From an uncultured Aminicenantes bacterium (GTDB lineage Bacteria > Acidobacteriota > Aminicenantia > UBA2199), in the NCBI GenBank assembly GCA_965195285.1, contig CBDAFS010000010.1, forward strand, positions 1-28,392: a stretch of DNA of 28,392 nucleotides. Direction: 5' to 3'. Of this stretch, positions 24,865 through 28,392 are shown piece after piece (positions within the stretch are counted from its first letter, which is position 1; each line of letters begins with the position of its first letter). The notes beneath the pieces are model-generated. The model ran no database searches. It saw only the letters and a list, made by a program, of their open reading frames with translations, and was not told where the DNA came from. The translations under genes were made by a program, and so were the position numbers.

Positions 24865-26043
24865 ATGAAAGATGAAATAATAAAAAAAGACCATGAAATA
24901 AATCGTCTGAAAAACCGCATAAAAGAACTTGAAAAGTCAGAAGCCGAACGCCAACAGGCCGAGGAAAGAATTAAACACCTGAACCGGGTACTTCGTGCTA
25001 TTCGCAAGGTCAACCAGCTTATTATCAGAGAAATAAACCGGGATGCGCTTATTCAAAAAACTTGTAAAATCCTTATTGAAACACGTGGTTATTATAATGC
25101 ATGGATAGTGCTTTTGGATGAAAAGGGAAAATATCTTGCGTCTTCCAGAACCGGATTTGGAAAAGACTTTGCTCCGATGAAAAAGTTACTTGAGCAAGAA
25201 AAATGGACAGAGTGTGGAAAGAGGGCACTGAAACAAAAGGAATTGATCATTACAGAAGACCCAAAAAAAGAATGCCCGGATTGTCCGCTTTCCTCAGCCT
25301 ATGCCGGGCGGGGTGCTTACACGGTTTGCCTTGTTCATCATGACAGAATTTACGGACTGCTCTCGGTATCCATTCCCATAGAATTTGCACAAAACCAGGA
25401 AGAACAGTTATTATTCAGGGAAATTGCCAGCGATATTTCCTTTGCACTTCACAATATCAGAGTCGTACAAGATCAAAAGAAAGCGGAGAAAATGCTTCAA
25501 CAAAATGAGGATGAATTAAACGCAATTTTCAACGGAGCTAATGACGGCATAGTTTTACTCGATAAAACCGGTAAAATTTTAAGAATCAATAAATATATAG
25601 TTGAAATTGGAGGTTATACAGAAGAGGAGATCTTAGGAAAACGATTTAGTGCTTTGAAAATGTTCCCCAAGAAGAGCATGTCAAAAATGATAACCGTTTT
25701 TGGTAAACTGATTAAAGGTCAGGAAATTTCTTACGAAGTGGAAGCGAAGACTAAAAAAGGTGAAAAGAAGATTATTGAAGTTCATAATTCATTTGTAAAG
25801 AAAGAAGGAAAAGTCAAAGGAGTTATTGCAATCTTGAGAGATATCACCAAGCGCAAGAAGTCAGAAGAAGAATTAAAAAAACATAAGAATCACCTGGAAG
25901 AATTGGTTAAGGAGCGAACTGCGGAGCTGGAAAAGAAAAATAAAAAGCTCAAACACTTTAATGAACTATTTGTAGGAAGGGAATTCAGGATAAAGGAACT
26001 GAGGGATAAAGTGAAGGAATTGGAGAAGGTAAGGAAAAAATAA
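24865..26043 (+). CDS. GAF + PAS sensor protein lacking an output domain
   Basis: Coiled coil, GAF (GYYNAWIVL...CPDCPL...YGLLSV), PAS (IFNGANDGIVLLD..G.I..IN...RDIT). Ends in HLEELVKERT...FVGREFRIKEL; no H-box, GGDEF or HD motif. Confidence 0.85.
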   Translation: MKDEIIKKDHEINRLKNRIKELEKSEAERQQAEERIKHLNRVLRAIRKVNQLIIREINRDALIQKTCKILIETRGYYNAWIVLLDEKGKYLASSRTGFGKDFAPMKKLLEQEKWTECGKRALKQKELIITEDPKKECPDCPLSSAYAGRGAYTVCLVHHDRIYGLLSVSIPIEFAQNQEEQLLFREIASDISFALHNIRVVQDQKKAEKMLQQNEDELNAIFNGANDGIVLLDKTGKILRINKYIVEIGGYTEEEILGKRFSALKMFPKKSMSKMITVFGKLIKGQEISYEVEAKTKKGEKKIIEVHNSFVKKEGKVKGVIAILRDITKRKKSEEELKKHKNHLEELVKERTAELEKKNKKLKHFNELFVGREFRIKELRDKVKELEKVRKK

Positions 26044-28139
26044 TGAAAGATAAGAAAGTAATAAAAGAAAAAGAAATAAGGATATTCAAAAAAAAGATAA
26101 AAAAACTTGAAAAATCAGAAGCCGATCGACAATGGACCGATGAAGAAACGATCCTATTATCGAATGCAGTGAGGATGTCCAGGGACAGCATTGTAATCTC
26201 TGACCTGGAAGGTAAGATCACCTATGTGAATGACGCCACCCTAAAAATGTACAGAATCGATGACAGAGAAACCCTGATCGGAAGAGACTCATTCGAATTG
26301 ATCATTCCTGATGAACGAGACATTGCAATAAATGGAAAAAAGGAGTTGCTGAAAACCGGAAACCTGGAGGAGCGAGAACACCACATCACCACCAGGAGTG
26401 GTGATACTATCTCCGTGGAGATGGGTATTGCTATTGTGAAAAATGCAAAAGGCGAACCGATAGGGTTTGTAGCTATAAGCAGAGACATCACCGAACGCAA
26501 GAAGGCGGAAAAAGAGCTATGGAAAGCGTACAAGCAATGGGAAACAACTTTTGATGTCATTGAAGACTCGATTTTCATGTTAGATAAGGATCTTAAGATA
26601 TTAAAATGCAATTCTTCAACCGCCCGCTTATTCGGAAAATCATATAAAGAAATCATCGGTAAGCACTGCTGGCAACTCGCTCACGGCACATCGAGTCCGA
26701 TTGAAGGATGTCCACTCATGCGAATGAAAAAAACCCTGAAAAGAGAATCGATGCAGCTTCCCATAGGTGATAAATGGTTTGAAGTCAGCGTTGATCCAAT
26801 ATTAGATTCTACTAATAAACTATTTGGCGCAGTCCATATTATGCAGGACATCACCGATCGAAAGCGGACTGAAGCGGAACTGAAAAAACACCGGTTACAC
26901 CTGGAAGAATTGGTCAAAAAGCGAACATTAGAGCATGAAAAATCACAGCAAGCTCTCACCTTCCTCCTGGAAGATGTAAACGAATCCAGTGATGAACTCC
27001 AAGATAAAACCGAAAAGTTGAATGATTCATTAAAAGAGGTGGAAAAAGCCAGAGACAATATCGATGCAATTTTAAAATCGATTGTTGACGGACTTATTGT
27101 AACCGATCTGGAAAACAGAATAATATTAATGAATCTTGCTGCCGAAGCTTTACTAAAGGTTAATTTCATAAAGGTTCTGAATAAACCGCTTGATTCGGTT
27201 ATAAAAAATAAAGAGTTAGCTGAAAAGTTTAAGGTTACGGTTTTTAAAGCGGAAAAAGGGTATCAATTTGATTTTAAATTATTAATAGGAAATACCAAAT
27301 ATCCCCGTACTTTTAACGCCAGGACTTCGACTATAAAAAATAAAAATGGTAAAACCACGGGAATAATATCTGTCTTCAGCGATGTGACCCGGGAACGTGA
27401 AATCGACCGGATGAAAACCGAGTTTCTCTCCACTACTGCCCATGAGCTCAGAACGCCTTTAACCACCATTCAGGGATTCTCCGAGGTTTTGCTTACCCGG
27501 AACGACCTGAAAAGCGAGGAGAGAGAAAAATTCCTTAACTACATCAACAAACAGGCAGTCAATCTTGGCAATATCATCAGTGATCTGCTGGATGTTTCCC
27601 GGATTGAATCCGGGATTGGATTCACATTGAAAAGAAAAGAAATCAGCATAAATCATATTATTTCCAAACTTACCGAAAGCTACCAGATCGCCAATCCGAA
27701 GCACAAGTTTATTAACCATCTGGAGAAAACAAATACATCGGTTTTTGCCGACAGTGAAAAAATCGAGCAGGTAATGCAAAACCTGCTCAGCAATGCGGTA
27801 CATTATTCACCCGGAAGAGGAGAGATTCGGATAACCTCCGAAATATCTGATAACCAATACCGGGTGATGGTGGTAGATGATGGATTGGGAATGACAACGC
27901 AACAGGTAAGCCAGATATTTGAAAAATTCTACCGGGCCAATTCATCAGATACGGCGCCACCGGGAACCGGACTGGGGATGAGTATCGTTAAGCTTATCAT
28001 CGATGCCCATAAAGGAAAAATCCGGGTGGAAAGCGAACCGAAAAAAGGAACCCGGGTGATTTTTTCCCTTCCGGTCGGATTGAAAGGTGCTGATCGGGGT
28101 AATGGCAATGATGTGAAGGAGATCAACACAAAGGATTGA
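26043..28139 (+). CDS. Cytoplasmic histidine kinase with three PAS domains
   Basis: Three PAS repeats ending RDIT/QDIT/SDVT; H-box AHELRTPLT; NLLSNA, DDGLG, FEKFYR, GTGLGM. TAATG coupling to the upstream gene. Confidence 0.93.
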   Translation: MKDKKVIKEKEIRIFKKKIKKLEKSEADRQWTDEETILLSNAVRMSRDSIVISDLEGKITYVNDATLKMYRIDDRETLIGRDSFELIIPDERDIAINGKKELLKTGNLEEREHHITTRSGDTISVEMGIAIVKNAKGEPIGFVAISRDITERKKAEKELWKAYKQWETTFDVIEDSIFMLDKDLKILKCNSSTARLFGKSYKEIIGKHCWQLAHGTSSPIEGCPLMRMKKTLKRESMQLPIGDKWFEVSVDPILDSTNKLFGAVHIMQDITDRKRTEAELKKHRLHLEELVKKRTLEHEKSQQALTFLLEDVNESSDELQDKTEKLNDSLKEVEKARDNIDAILKSIVDGLIVTDLENRIILMNLAAEALLKVNFIKVLNKPLDSVIKNKELAEKFKVTVFKAEKGYQFDFKLLIGNTKYPRTFNARTSTIKNKNGKTTGIISVFSDVTREREIDRMKTEFLSTTAHELRTPLTTIQGFSEVLLTRNDLKSEEREKFLNYINKQAVNLGNIISDLLDVSRIESGIGFTLKRKEISINHIISKLTESYQIANPKHKFINHLEKTNTSVFADSEKIEQVMQNLLSNAVHYSPGRGEIRITSEISDNQYRVMVVDDGLGMTTQQVSQIFEKFYRANSSDTAPPGTGLGMSIVKLIIDAHKGKIRVESEPKKGTRVIFSLPVGLKGADRGNGNDVKEINTKD

Positions 28140-28164
28140 TATAAGAAGGGGGAGGAGAAAGAGG

Positions 28165-28392
28165 ATGAAAATAATTTTAATCGTTGATGATCAGCTTGAG
28201 GTGAGAGAACTGGTGGATGTAACCCTGCGGACATCCGGGTTAACGATTTTACAGGCCAAAAACGGAGAGGAGGCAATTGATATTGCCCGCCAGGAGAAAC
28301 CTGACCTGATCATCATGGATATCATGATGCCGGGAAAAATCGATGGGCTCGAAGCAACCCGAATAATAAAGAGTGATCCTGAAACCAGAGGA
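28165..28392 (+). CDS. Response regulator receiver domain (3'-truncated by window edge; absent from the ORF track)
   Basis: Manual translation: MKIILIVDDQLEVRELVDVTLRTSGLTILQAKNGEEAIDIARQEKPDLIIMDIMMPGKIDGLEATRIIKSDPETRG. Purine-rich RBS upstream. Confidence 0.92.
   Translation, partial: MKIILIVDDQLEVRELVDVTLRTSGLTILQAKNGEEAIDIARQEKPDLIIMDIMMPGKIDGLEATRIIKSDPETRG

Noticed and set aside
317-28276. Remaining short alternative-frame and antisense ORFs in the track (e.g. 1940..2398, 7903..8337, 13812..14243, 26681..27169)
   Set aside because: They lie wholly or mostly within well-supported genes and lack RBS or motif support.
1-28392. tRNA/rRNA genes, transposases, integrases, phage or defence genes
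   Set aside because: No cloverleaf, rRNA-like stretch or characteristic protein motifs were seen by eye.

Overview
A gene-dense bacterial window; the gene content suggests Aminicenantes/Acidobacteriota or a deltaproteobacterium-like organism, but this is inference only. From left to right it holds the 3' part of a Ser/Thr kinase-TolB-like-TPR gene, a DUF4388-like membrane protein, and a sigma70 promoter plus cobalamin riboswitch. The riboswitch heads a 7-gene B12 operon: btuB-btuF-cobS-cobT-[cobU fused to a CbiR-like TIM-barrel phosphodiesterase]-btuD-btuC. Next come prc, an LTA-synthase-family gene, a hypothetical gene, an NSS transporter, nth, an OsmC-family gene and a ~330-nt highly structured intergenic element. 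A signalling cluster follows: GAF/HD-GYP, a sensorless His kinase, a sigma54 activator, a degenerate ferritin-like gene with a sigma54 promoter, a GAF-PAS protein with no output domain, a multi-PAS kinase and a partial receiver. The main candidate novel system is a riboswitch-controlled cobamide import-and-remodelling operon built around a single-chain CobU-CbiR fusion. Family assignments come from motif recognition by eye; no searches were run.
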